From the NCBI GenBank assembly GCA_052327205.1, contig CM126204.1:341744001-341808000 (forward strand): 64,000 nt of DNA, given 5' to 3'. This document shows, one piece after another, positions 1-12,276 of this stretch (position 1 is the stretch's first letter; each line of letters begins with the position of its first letter). Source of the DNA: Somniosus microcephalus (Eukaryota). Below the pieces are notes generated by a model. The model did not search any database and was not told where the DNA came from. It saw only the letters and a program-made list of their open reading frames with translations. Both the position numbers and the translations under genes were made by a program.

Positions 1-153
1 CGGGGTTGTAATTGGCGTCTTGTGCGGTAGTGCAAAACAGACATTATTGCTTCGCTGCCTGTTAACTTCAATGGAACTGAATATTGGACAGAGCATATAA
101 CGGGTGGCCGAAGCAATCTTGTCCGCTTTGTGCTACCGCCCAAGGCAAATTTC

Positions 154-1601
154 TACCCTATTCAAAAAAGGTGGTAGAGAGAAAATGGGGAATTACAGAC
201 CGGTAAGCCTGACATCGGTAGTGGGGAAAATGCTAGAGTCCATTATTAAAGATGTAATAGCAGAGCACTTGGAAAATAGTGACAGGGTCGGACAAAGTCA
301 ACATGGATTTACAAAAGGTAAATCGTGCTTGACTAATCTACTAGAATTTTTTGAGGATGTAACTAGTAAAATAGATAAGGGAGAACCAGTGGATGTGGTG
401 TATTTGGACTTTCAGAAGGCTTTCGATAAGGTCCCACATAAGAGATTAGCATGTAACGTTAAGGCACATGGGATTGGGGGCAAGGTATTGACTTGGATAG
501 AGAACTGGTTGGCAGATAGAAAGCAAAGAGTTGGAATAAACGGGTCTTTTTCCGAGTGGCAGGCAGTGACTAGTGGGGTACCGCAGGGATCGGTCCTTGG
601 ACCCCAGCTATTCACAATATATATTAATGATCTAGACAAGGGAACTAGATGTAATATCTCCAAATTTGCAGACGACACAAAGCTGGGTGGGCGTGTGTGC
701 TGTGAGGAGGATGCCGAGAAACTACAGGATGATTTGGACAGGTTGGGTGATTGGGCAGAAGCATGGCAGATGCAATATAACGTGGATAAATGTGAAGTTA
801 TCCACTTTGGTGGCAAAACAGGAAGGCAGATTATTATCTGAATGGTAATAGATTGGGAGAAGGGGAAGTGCAATGAGACCTGGGTGTCCTTGTGCACCAG
901 TCGCTGAAGGTAAGCATGCAGGTGCAGCAGGCGGTTAAGAAGGCAAATGGTATGTTGGCCTTCATAGCGAGAGGGTTTGAGTACAGGAACAAGGATGTCT
1001 TGCTGCAGTTGTACAGGGCCTTGGTGAGACCACATCTTGAGTATTGTGTGCAGTTTTGGTCGCCTTATCTGAGGAAGGATATTCTTGCCATGGAAGGAGT
1101 TCAGCGAAGATTCACCAGACTGATACCTGGGATGGCAGGAATGACGTATGAGGAGAGATTGGGATGATTGGGCTTGTACTCGCTGGAGTTTAGAAGAATG
1201 AAAGGGGGTCTCATTGAAACTTATAAAATTCTGGCAGGACTGGACAGACTAGATGCAGGGAGGATATTCCCGATGGTCGGGGAGTCCAGAACCAGGGGTC
1301 ACAGTCTAAGGATAAGGGGTAGGCCTTTTAGGACAGAAATGAGGAGGAATTTCTTCACCCAGAGAGTGGTGAACCTGTGGAATTCTCTACCACAGAAGGC
1401 AGTAGAAGCCAATACATTAAATATATTCAAGAAGGAGCTGGATATATTTCTTAAGGCTAATGGGTTCAAGGGGTATGGGGAGAAAGCAGGGACCGGGTAC
1501 TGAACTTGGATGATCAGCCATGATCGCATTGAATGGTGGAGCAGGCTCAAGGGGCCGAATGGCCTACTCCTGCTCCTATCTTCTATGTTTCTATGTTTCT
1601 A
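154..1601 (+). mobile_element. CR1 LINE, 5'-truncated (RT + 3' end), frameshifted
   Basis: ORFs 104-841, 892-1167 and 1168-1503 carry CR1 RT motifs (YLDFQKAFDKVPH, GVPQGSVLGP, FADDTKL, RPHLEYC, WNSLP); ends in a (TTCTATGT)n tail. Confidence 0.95.
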
Positions 1602-1989
1602 TTGTGATAAAGCTCTTCTAATAGGGGAATAACATCAAGGGTAAGGGTTACATTTTTGTATTAGACAGTTTACTCCTACTTTCTGTTCTCTTTCTGAGAT
1701 GTGTACAAACTACAGCTGAGAGGGAAAGCAGGGGACTTACTCTCAGACTTTCAATAAATTAGCTCTGAATCAGTCACTAGGAAGTGTGTAACAGCAACCT
1801 CGGATAACTCTTCAATTTTCTCCCTTTCCACTTAGGGAAGCATCTGGCCAACGTGGCACCTTGTCAAATAAAGTAGCTGAATTTAGGAGGCTGAACCTAT
1901 GTTCTACTACTCCGTGATGCCACAGCTTGGTGTTCCAATGCACAACTTCACTGAGCCATGTGTTAATCAATATATTTAATGTACAATCC

Positions 1990-2230
1990 CTTTTGTTGTT
2001 TAATCACTCCTGCCTTCCACCCTTTCACAGACCTTCCTTTTCTCCTTTCCTCTGCCTCCCCTCCCCCTTTCCTTGCCTCTGCACTTGCTTAAAACCTGCA
2101 GTTCAGATGAAAGGTCATCGACCTGAAATGTGGACTCTGTTTCTCTCTCTCCACAGAGGCTGGCTGATCTGCTGAGTATTTCCAGCAGTTTTTATTTCAG
2201 ATTTCCAGCAACTGCAGGATTTTGCCTTTG
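1990..2230 (+). repeat. Penelope-type terminal-repeat fragment with degenerate hammerhead-like core
   Basis: cagatgaaaggtcatcgacctgaaa...ctctccacaga...ctgctgagtatttccagca; related copies near 55921, 57745 and (minus strand) 5690-5765. Confidence 0.55.
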
Positions 2231-2597
2231 TATTTAATTGATATTAGATCAGTGTATATTAAACTGATGTAATAGATCAACATGACATTGCAACAGAGTT
2301 TGCCAGTTAAAAACAATTCTGAAGGAAGTCAATCTCAAGTACATACAAAAGCACATTGGCCCTGTATTTATTTATTCACCAGTCTCCCGCCATAACTTGA
2401 GAGTCCAGCTGAGCCCACTTGAAAATGGTGTGGCCTGAGTTATGTCAGGGCCTTGGCGACTCCAGGAGTTCTTAGTTGTCTGGTAAGGAACGGAACCTTC
2501 ACCCGCTCCTTACAAGGCTAATGATGGCGAGGTGGTGAAGCCGAGGGTTGGGGCTCGCTACGCTGGGAATCCTGCTTTCCTGGCTCAGAAAGGACCC

Positions 2598-3319
2598 GGG
2601 GCTAAAAATTGAGCAGTGCCTTAGCGCCCCGGAAAAATTTGCGCCCCCCACGACAGAAATTGAGTGGTAGCGCCCCAAGAGGGAAGCGGGGCGCTATTGG
2701 AAGCACCCCGTCTACCTCTTGGGATGCTGCGAGGGAATATTGTGGCACTACGTGCCATGGTATTGGAGGCCTGCCTCCCCTTCTTAAAGGGGAGGGCCTT
2801 GCGCAGCGCGACCCGGGGCCCAGCTGGGCCCCCGGGAATCGGGAGTGTTGGCAAAAGGGCCTGGCACTCAATAGAAGTGTTGGGCTCATGGAGCGCAGCC
2901 GGCACTCCGCGGGGAGGGGGGAGGTGCGGGTAAGGAGGCTGGGGACGGGAACGGAGGCAGGTGCTGGCAGGCGGCCAGCAACAAAATTGGCCGCCCTGTA
3001 CCTCGCCTTTAAATAGCGCCTCCCCGGCCACAGGTAGGCCCCCTTGACCCCGTCGGACATAGCGTCCGGTGGTAAGTCAGGAGGCGCTCCCGAAGATCGT
3101 GGCCGGGGCACGAGCGGGGCGTTGTGCATGGCGATGATATCATCGCTGGTGGCGCAGTGCCGCAGGATGCTACCGGTTACCGCCGCCGCTAACCTCCCGC
3201 TGAATTTCGCAGGAGGCGTTGGCGGCATCGCGCCTGGGCGCTAGTTGCTTTGCACCTCCCGTTCGCGCCCTCTTAGGGCGCGAACGGGAGGCGCAAAGCA
3301 ACCGAATTTCCCCCTCCCC
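2598..3319. mobile_element. GC-rich Harbinger-like MITE
   Basis: Termini ggggctaaaaatt / aatttccccc; internal similarity to the element at 33748-34477. Confidence 0.7.
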
Positions 3320-4748
3320 CCGGTGTATTAATGGAGGCTGATATACTGAGAAGGATGAGGCATACCAGCCTTCAGATGGACACAAGTGGGCTCCACAACA
3401 GTGGGGGGCCTGGACACCCCCCAAGAAAGGTGAAGAACTTTTCTCTTTAGAGAAATCTGAACCAGCCCCCTTATGCAGGGAGCTGAGGGACGGGGTGTTG
3501 GTGCTGGAGGTGGGGGGGAACGGGTGCTGGATCTGGAGATGACCTGGGCCCCCTCCTCCTGATGGTGGGCCAGGCACCATAATTTCCAGCATGGGGCAGG
3601 CACGGCCTTCGGATTTTCAGGGCCATCAATTGACTGGCATTTACTGCCCTTAAAGATCAATGAACAAGTACAAGTCTACAGAACTAACCAATCAGAAAAC
3701 ATCCATAAAAGTTATACCTTCTAATTAGCTTAATGAATAATCACCAACAATATTCATCAAAGCTATAACATGAAAGTAGGAACAGGCACAAAGATTTGTT
3801 ACATTAACAAATAAAGAAAAAACAGATTAGGTGGATAATTAAATTATTCTACATTTTGTCTTGTTGCTTTTATAACATTAAAATAAATTATGCATAACCT
3901 TATCTGCTAGTGCTTTTTAACCTCAGAAACAGCAATAATTCTGACACAGAGTTAAATCCCTCTCTCTCATCCTGGACATTGTTTATGTCTCCTGCAAAAT
4001 CTGCACTATTCCTGTAAACTGACAAAAACTGAACATGATTTTACCTATCCTGTGTTTTCCTTCGGTCAGCTGGATGTCCGACACACTCAGAAATCCATCA
4101 CCATGCTTAAGAGTCTCCAAACCAAGCAACAAAGATAAGAGCTTCTGTTGGCCTGATCTAAAGTGAGCACTCCCTACAGCGACTCAATCACTTACCCAAG
4201 CCCAGAAAGCTTAGGCACAAGTGGTTTAGGGGCCAAGTGTACGCATGGGTACTGTTGACATTTAACCAGTGAGAGCTACGCAGACTGATAAATTCTCCAC
4301 GACTTCTCCAACTTGGACCATCCTATCCATTAGAGAATTGGCTTACAGGCTTATCTAGAGCTGAGTGGGAAGAATCTCAGCTGGTAGTAACAGGGTCTAC
4401 CCCTCAAGGTTTCTTTAATGAGCCCGGCTGGTTCATTAATCTTCTGCACACCTGCCTGATTTAGATGTCGGATTACCAAATCTGCCCCAGAGAGCTAAGT
4501 TAGTTCCAATCTATCAAAACCGGACATATCATATTGAAGCCAAATGATCCCAAAGAGACATCACTTACCTCCACTCCAACAAGGACAGTCACCAGTTGGA
4601 GATGAGATTCTTCACATGCAGCTCTAGATAATTCTGCCAATGCCACAAAGGGTAGGGTGGTCCTAGATGGAGAAGCAATGGGAAATTTATCATTGCTCTG
4701 TGCTGGTAGGCCGCACAGTTCTCACTGGTTAAATTCCAACAGAAGAAC

Positions 4749-5300
4749 TTGGATGTCTTTGTACATGAATCACAGAAAGTTAACATGCAGGTACCGCAAG
4801 CAATTAGGAAAGCAAATGGTATGTTAGCTTTTATTACAAAGGGATTAGAGTATAAGAGTAAAGAAGTCTTACTACAATTATATAGGGCATTGGTGAGGCC
4901 ACACCTGGAGTACTGTGTACAGTTCTGGTTTCCTTACTTAAGGAAAGACATACTTGCCTTAGAGGGAGTGCAGCGAAGGTTCACCAGACTGGTTCCTGGG
5001 ATGAGGGGATTGCCCTATGAGGAGAGATTGAGTAGACTAGGCCTATATTCCCTAGAGTTTAGAAGAATGAGCGGTGATCTCATTGAAACATATAAAATTC
5101 TTAAGGGGCTTGACAGGGTTAATGCTGGGAAAATGTTTCTCCTGGCTGGGGAATCTAGAACACGAGGTCACAGTCACAGAGTAAGTGGTAGGCCATTTAG
5201 GACTGAGACGAGGAGGAATTTCTTCACTTAAAGGGTTGTGAATCTTTGGAATTCTCTACCCCAGAGAGCTGTGGATGCTCAGTCGTTGAGTATATTCAAA
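4749..5300 (+). mobile_element. CR1 LINE 3' fragment (continues at ~6848-6998 after a Penelope insertion)
   Basis: ORF 4749-5231 is CR1 RT C-terminus; 3' UTR and TTCTTATG tail resume at 6848-6998. Confidence 0.9.
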
Positions 5301-6847
5301 GTGTGGAGATGCCGGAGTTGGACTGGGGTGGACAAATGTAAGAAGTCACACAACACCAGGTTATAGTCCAACAGCTTTATTTGAAATCACAAGCTTTCGG
5401 AGCGCTGCTCCTTCATCAGGTGAAGTGGAGAAATGCATAAAGACACAGTTTATATAGTCAGAGAATAATGTCAGATGTTTACAGGTAATCTTTCCAACTG
5501 CCATTTATCACACCTCGGCAGAGAGATAATCACAGCAGTCAAAGGTGTGAATGGTGTCCAAACAGGTCAGTCAGGAAAACATTACATCAAAGAACAATGA
5601 GGTGGGGTCACAAGGGGTCAAATGTTGCAGATGCTGGGGTCTGTATGAAAAACAAAAAAACAGACAAAAAACATTTTTTTTGCTGGAAATCACAGCAGGT
5701 CCGGCCGCATCTGTGTAGAGAGAACAAGCCAATGATGACTCGAGTCTGGATGACCCTACATCAGGTGGGGTTACATGTAGCGTGACATGAACCCAAGATC
5801 CCGGTTGAGGCCGTCCTCATGGGTGCGTAACTTGGCTATCAGTTTCTGCTTGACGATTTTGCATTGTCGTGTGTCTCGAAGGCCGCCTTGGAGAATGCTT
5901 ACCCGAAGATCGGAGGCTGAATGTCCTTGACTGCTGAAGTGTTCCCCGACTGGGAGGAAACACTCCTGCCTGGCAATTGTTGTGCGGTGTCCGTTCATCC
6001 GTTGTCGCAGTGTCTGCATGGTCTCGCCGATGTACCATGCTCCGGGGCATCCTTTCCTGCAACGTATGAGGTAGACAACATTGGCCGAGTCACATGAGTA
6101 TGTACCATGTACCTGGTGGGTGGTGTCCTCACGTGTGATGATGGTATCTGTGTTGATGATCTGGCATGTCTTGCAGAGGTTGCTGTGGCAGGGTTGTGTG
6201 GTGTCGTGGTTGTGGTTCTCCTGAAAGCTGGGTAATTTGCTGCGAACGATGGTCTGTTTGAGGTTAGGCGGCTGTTTAAAGGTGATTAGTGGAGGCATGG
6301 GGATGGCCTTAGCGAGGTGTTCGTTGTCATCAATGACATGTTGAAGGCTGCGAAGAACATGGCGTAGTTTCTCCGCTCTGGGGAAGTACTGGACGATGAA
6401 GGGTACTCTGTTGGTTGTGTCCCATGTTTGTCTTCTGAGGAGGTCTATGTGATTTTTTGCTGTGGCCCATCGGAACTATCGATCGATGAGTCGAGTGTCA
6501 TATCCCGTTCTTACGAGGGCATCTTTCAGTGTCTGTAGGTGTCCATTGCGTTCCTCCTCTTCTGAGCAGATCCTGTGTACTTGCAGGGCTTGTCCATAGG
6601 GGATGGCTTCTTTAACGTGGTTAGGGTGGAAGCTGGAGAAGTGGAGCATCGTGAGGTTGTCCATGAGCTTGCGGTAGAGTGAAGTGCTGAGGTGTCCGTC
6701 TTTGATGGAGATTCATGTGTCCAAGAATGAAACTGATTCTGAGGAGTAGTCCATGGTGAGTTTGATGGTGGGATGGAACTTGTTGATGTTATCGTGTAGT
6801 CTTTTCAGTGATTCTTCGCCGTGGGTCCATAGGAAGAAAATGTCATT
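5301..6847 (-). mobile_element. Penelope-like element (RT C-terminus + GIY-YIG endonuclease + terminal repeat)
   Basis: ORF 5771-6298 has NVVYLIRC...WYIGET...LRQRMNGHR (GIY-YIG); ORF 6476-6664 has FSSFHP..VKEAIPYGQAL (PLE RT thumb). Confidence 0.92.
5386..5423 (-). ncRNA. Minimal hammerhead ribozyme in Penelope terminal repeat
   Basis: Minus strand: tcac-CTGATGA-aggagc-agc-gctcc-GAAA-gctt-gtga (core CUGAUGA...GAAA, stem II, tcac/gtga stem I). Confidence 0.75.
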
Positions 6848-6998
6848 GATAAATTTTTGGGAAAAAAGGGAATTAAGGGAAATGGGGATAGTGCGAGAAG
6901 ATGGAGTTGAGGTAGAAGATCAGCCATGATCTTGGTGAATGGCGGAGCAGGCTCGAAGGGCCAAACCTACTCCAGCTCCTATTTCTTATGTTCTTATG
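6848..6998 (+). mobile_element. CR1 3' UTR/tail
   Basis: gatcagccatgatctt...gaatggcggagcaggctcgaaggg...ttcttatgttcttatg. Confidence 0.85.
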
Positions 6999-9900
6999 TA
7001 ACAGTACCCAGGGGAATTCCAACAGTACCCATGCCCTTAAGCCTTGGATGTTGCCATTAGACAACTGATAAGTATAGATTTAAGCCCTTGCTAGGCTGAT
7101 AGAAGATTCCAGAAACTTCTAATTAGCAGCATGGTGAGCACAACTCAGCATTAAATGTATGAGGACATTGCCAATGTCCTCCTTACCATACTTGGACACA
7201 CCACTGAATAGTGGTTCCATCAATTGAAAATGCAGAGCTTCAGTAGCAGTGCTATCTGAACATAGGCAGTAAACCCTGGATAGTTTACTGTGTAATCTTA
7301 TGCCCAGCCTCTGGGTAATGCCTTCAAGTAGCTGTGATTCCCAAGCCTCAGGGTTTTCTGATCATCTATATAATGGTGTCACAAATTTCACTTGTCTGCA
7401 CTAGATATCCACTTCGGTGACTCTTGTAAGCGGACCTTGCAATCCTATGGTCAGAAGTATACCTTTATCACCAGTTAAACAATCTTGTGACAGCATTGTT
7501 GTTCTGGATGCTATAATCTCGCATATGCCACCTCTTCTCTTATTTTTATGGAAGGCGGACGAAAAAGTACACGAGTGAGATAATGCATGATTATAAACCA
7601 ATAAATTGGTTTATTTTACATACAGTACATGAATAAACAGAATACAGTTTTCTAGTGAGATACATCAATTTCCTACTCCTCCTTGTACCATCAATACAAT
7701 GAAAATATATGACAATATTACTATTCTAGGCAAACTCAGTTACAAGTTAAGCTAATAGGAATCCAACTGCTTCTGTTGCACTTATATCTAGCCCTGGAGC
7801 CTCCCAGACTCCCTGAATACCTAGAGAGAGAGATCTATCTGTGTCACTGACTGTCTCAGACTGCCTCTCCAGAAAGAGAGAGAAAACAAAGGCTACCCTT
7901 TGACCCTTCGCGCAAATCTGTCTGTCAAGGTTTGGTCTGCCGAGCTGCCAATCAAAGTCAGCATCTTGAATTGATGTGGGTACTGATGACATCTACATGC
8001 CTGTTTTAGCCAAGCCTCTGCCAAGTACAATGACTGAAATGGACGTGAACTGCTATGGAATGCACTCCATAACTTCCTATTGTCTCAAAGCTGATGTCAC
8101 AGGCAAAAGTACACAAGCTGACAACTATTCTGCCTGGGCTCTGACCCAGGAACAAACAACTCTAAATGGCTTGTGTATTTCTGGAACCTAGCCCTTTTGT
8201 CAGCTGAATCTGACCCTTGTAGCACTATACATTAAAACAAAATCCCTTGCAGGCCATAGAGGAAAAGGTTCCAAAATGTTACACAGAAGCTGCCATCCCG
8301 AGCCTCAGATATTTCTCATCAGCTGTCTACCTTTAATGCCGCATAAGGACCAAACCTACCATGGTGAGTCACAATGCAGAGCAGGTGAATAAGTGGCTTT
8401 TTATAGGACTGTTTTCAACCCTCTTTACAGTACTGCTTTGAAGTTGGCAGTTGCACTGAATGGCAATACTAGCAAGTAACCAGCTGCAAAAAACACGAGG
8501 TCCACAGTGCAAAGTGATCAGTACAACCAACTTGTACCAATGAGTGTAGCCTGTAATACAATCAGGTTTTGAAAATTGCGATTTGAGTGTTATGTCCACA
8601 GGATCATTAAAAGGATATTTTACCATTGAAAAAAAAAATTCTGTTAAAAATGAAAAGCATATTTTATTTCTTCAGCACCCCATCTTTTTCAAAACTGTAC
8701 TATCGTGTAATCCCAAGGATTTATCAAAAAAGCCTCCCATACTTGCTGAAAAGCTGACTGTAGCTGTCATTTCAGCATGCAGGAACCACTTATTGACTCC
8801 TGCACTTACAACCCAATATTATCTTTTAGTCACAGATTAATTTTCTATGTTCTTTAACTGGATTTATCGTTGATTAATTCAGCTCATATACATTTAAATA
8901 CCTATTTTCTTTGATTAAAATTATTCACTCCAGCCATTAATTACAGTTAATAACTTTAATACAAAAAATGAGATCAGAAAACACAAACATTAGTTTATCG
9001 ATCAACTTACTATTCCAGTGTTTATTAAAAATAAAAAAGACGTAGACTGCCTTTGCTGCCACCAGTAAAAGAAACGCAGGTAAAACTAATAATATGTAAC
9101 ACTCAAAGGCTACACTCAAATGTATAATAGACAATATTTATTACATGCAGGATTATTATCTTATAGTATAGATGCATCACCTACCATTGAATACAACTGA
9201 CTACATGGACCTTGGCATGTAACTCGACAAAATATTCCGTGGAAATATTCCATAGATCCAAAAATTTCTTCCGGGAATGACTGCAAAAATAATCAGGCTT
9301 TCTGCAGGTACAACTTACTGAATAAAATGAAGACAACATAACTTGCAAACAGTTGTAGTGACCATAGAAAGGATGGCACATGTTTTGGTCAAAAGCGTTC
9401 CTCTCTGATTCAACATTTTAACTGGGTTGTTTGCTCATTTAGAGATCCTTTTAGATCGGGATTCAGTGCTGTTTGGGGTTACTATGCACACAAGAGTCAA
9501 ATTAGTCAAGTTTTTACTGTATGTAGTATGGAAGTACATAACCCTGGGGTAAAAATCAAACAATTCAGCAACTGCGGTTTAAAATCCTTTGGGACTTAAT
9601 ACATGACTTGAAAAATTTACATGTTCAGAATTTGAAACAGGTCCAATTTGTGAAGACGGTGCAGTTCCTCGGACTACTGTACGCAATATATTGAAAGGAA
9701 GGCAATAAGCTAAGTTGATCATTACTATATATATTTTATTTTATTTTATTACAAGTGCAATTTAGAACCAAAATCATAATGACAATTGCTGAAGTTCAAC
9801 TGCAACTTAAATAATACTTGCGCATTAGAAAAACAATCATGATACCGAACAGAATTGATCCAGACTGCAGTATTTTTCTTTGCATCTCACTCCTTTCTCT

Positions 9901-10429
9901 CTCACATTCACATACAAACACCGAATCTCTGATTCTGTCATGCATACTTAGCGTCATATTTTCATACTTTGGATGCCTCTTAATCAGCATCCAGGGTTGA
10001 AAGGAAGCAAATCTGTGGGATTTCCAATACCACCGCTTCCTAATGGTCCTGTAACTGAGCGGTTTCCTGCTGAGAGGGGAGAATTGAACTGGCAGGTGTC
10101 CAGGGAGAGGGAAAAGAAAAATAAACCTACAAATATTTCCTTAGAGGTGATATTCTTGACATTACTCAGCTTAGGAGGAACTCTGTACATTAAAAGCATT
10201 TCACCTACAATATCCTCTTTAAAATAACCTTTATCATGGCATTTTACCCAGGGCAAGGTAACATTTTACTTCGAGGTGTAAAAATGAATAAACTGCTCCT
10301 AAAGTGTTGCTATTTTTCACAGTGTTGGAAATAATATGTACACTTAATAATTTAGCTTTGTTTTATTATTGGATTGTACAAGAATTTATGCACATTGGAA
10401 GAGGGACTATATCTCCTTTAAGTCAAGAA

Positions 10430-10600
10430 GCAGACACACTCAATGTTTTCAAGGGGAGACTGGATAGGCACTTGAGGGAAATAAACTTGCAGGGCTACGG
10501 GGATAGAACGGGGGAATGGGACTAACTGGATTGCTCTACAGAGAGCCCGCACAGACTAGACGGTCCAAATGGCCTCCTTCTGTGCCGTTATGACTCTATA
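10430..10600 (+). mobile_element. CR1 3' tail fragment
   Basis: LNVFKGRLDRHL...GYG translation followed by atggcctccttctgtg...tatgactctat tail. Confidence 0.75.
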
Positions 10601-11108
10601 GGGGTGATTTTGCCAATGGGGGCGTGTTGGAGGCGGGACTGCTGCTTGTCGGGTTTTAGTCCCACCTCCATCGACATCCGGCCAACCCACGCTATTTTCC
10701 CTTCATTGACCTTGTTAAGCCCGCCCCAGCTGGCTTAGCAGGCCAATTAAGAGAAAGCCGGTGACAGAGAACGTCAGCATATGACATTTTTGACAGATGA
10801 ATTGTCATCATTTGATAGCTTTGAGAAGCTGTCAAACACTGACATTCTCTGTTGTTTGGTGAGTTCTTGTATTCAAGACTCACTAAACCTATTTTCTGAG
10901 CAGAAAGCAGATAGCTGTTGCATCAGAGAATGCAGCAGCCATTCTGTCATCTCTGCCGTGGAGATGCCGGAGCCTCCAGATCCCCAACGATTGAAGCCTG
11001 CAGGAAGAAACAAAGGTAAGGAAACTTTTTCTAAGACTTTTCATTCACCTCCCATACTTACCTCTCCACACTTGCACCCGCCTCCCCAGGGCTGGCAAAA
11101 TAGCGCCC
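10601..11108. mobile_element. Harbinger-like MITE
   Basis: Termini ggggtgattttgcca / tggcaaaatagcgccc form imperfect TIRs. Confidence 0.55.
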
Positions 11109-12276
11109 TAAGACTTTATGGGGGAAAAATGTGGTTGATTAGCGCCTCCCGTTAGTGCCCTAAGAGGTGATGTTTGCGGTGCTCGTGAAATTGATCAGCC
11201 ATTTTGCGGCGGCGCTAAACACTACCGCCACGATCTCCTGCGCCTGCAGATCGTAATGTCAGTCGAGTGCGCAACGACACGGTTGCTTCTGGGACCAGAT
11301 ATTGAGTGGCGCCCCCTGCCTTTCCGCCTGCCGCTAGCAATGACAGGTAGAGGGGAATGTTTTGCAGTTGGGAAGGGACTGAGGAAACGTTATTTAAAGG
11401 CGGCCGCTTCCTGCCTTTTTTTGTCGGCAACATTTTTGCACCACGTATTCTGAGAGAGAAAGAGAGACTTCTGGAGAGATTCAATGCTGTGTGAAGGAGT
11501 TTTGGGTACTGAGCAGCACTTTGCAGGTTCATTTTGATTTGACCTTTCTTGCATTGATTTAGAAGAGACTATGGGGTTGCACATTGCGCTCTTTCCCTGG
11601 GCCTTTCCATTGTTCTTTCCAGCAGTATTCATGTACAGGTCTCTCCAGGCTGAGATTCAAGGCTGCTCACACCGCAGGTAAAGAGTGCACAGGCAGACAG
11701 GGAATGGGTGACCGCCAGACAGATTAAATGAACTAGGAAAGTAGTGCAGGAGTCCCCTGGGTCCATCTCCCTCTCCAACAGATTTTCCGTTTTGGATACT
11801 GCTGAGGGAGATGGTTTCTCAGGGGAATGCAGCAAGAGCCAAGTCCGTGGCACTATGAGTGGCTCAGCTGCACAGGAGGGGAGGAAAAAGAGAGGGAGAG
11901 CAATAGTGATAGGGGATTCTATCATAAGGGGAACAGATAGACGTTTCTGTGGCCGCAGACGTGACTCCAGGATGGTATGTTGCTTCCCTGGTGCCAGGGT
12001 CAAGGATGTCACTGATCGGCTGCAGGATGTTCTGAGGGGGGAGGGTGAACAGCCAAAGGTCGTGGTCCATATCGGTACCAACGACATAGGTAAAAAGAGG
12101 GATGAGGTCCTGCAAGCAGAATATAGGGAGCTACGAAATAAATTAAAAAGCAGGACCTCAAAGGTTGTAATCTCAGGATTACTCCCAGTGCCATATGCTA
12201 GCGAGAGCAGAAATAGGAGAATAGACCAGATGAATGCGTGGCTGGAGGGATGGTGTAGGAGGGAGGGATTTAAATT

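Noticed and set aside
2602-3592. Several overlapping ORFs of 65-208 aa
   Set aside because: By-products of GC-rich MITE sequence; no protein motifs.
9180-10260. Non-repetitive stretch with short ORFs and splice-like signals; possible host exon
   Set aside because: No frame gave a recognisable protein; may be UTR or conserved non-coding sequence, which cannot be judged without alignment.
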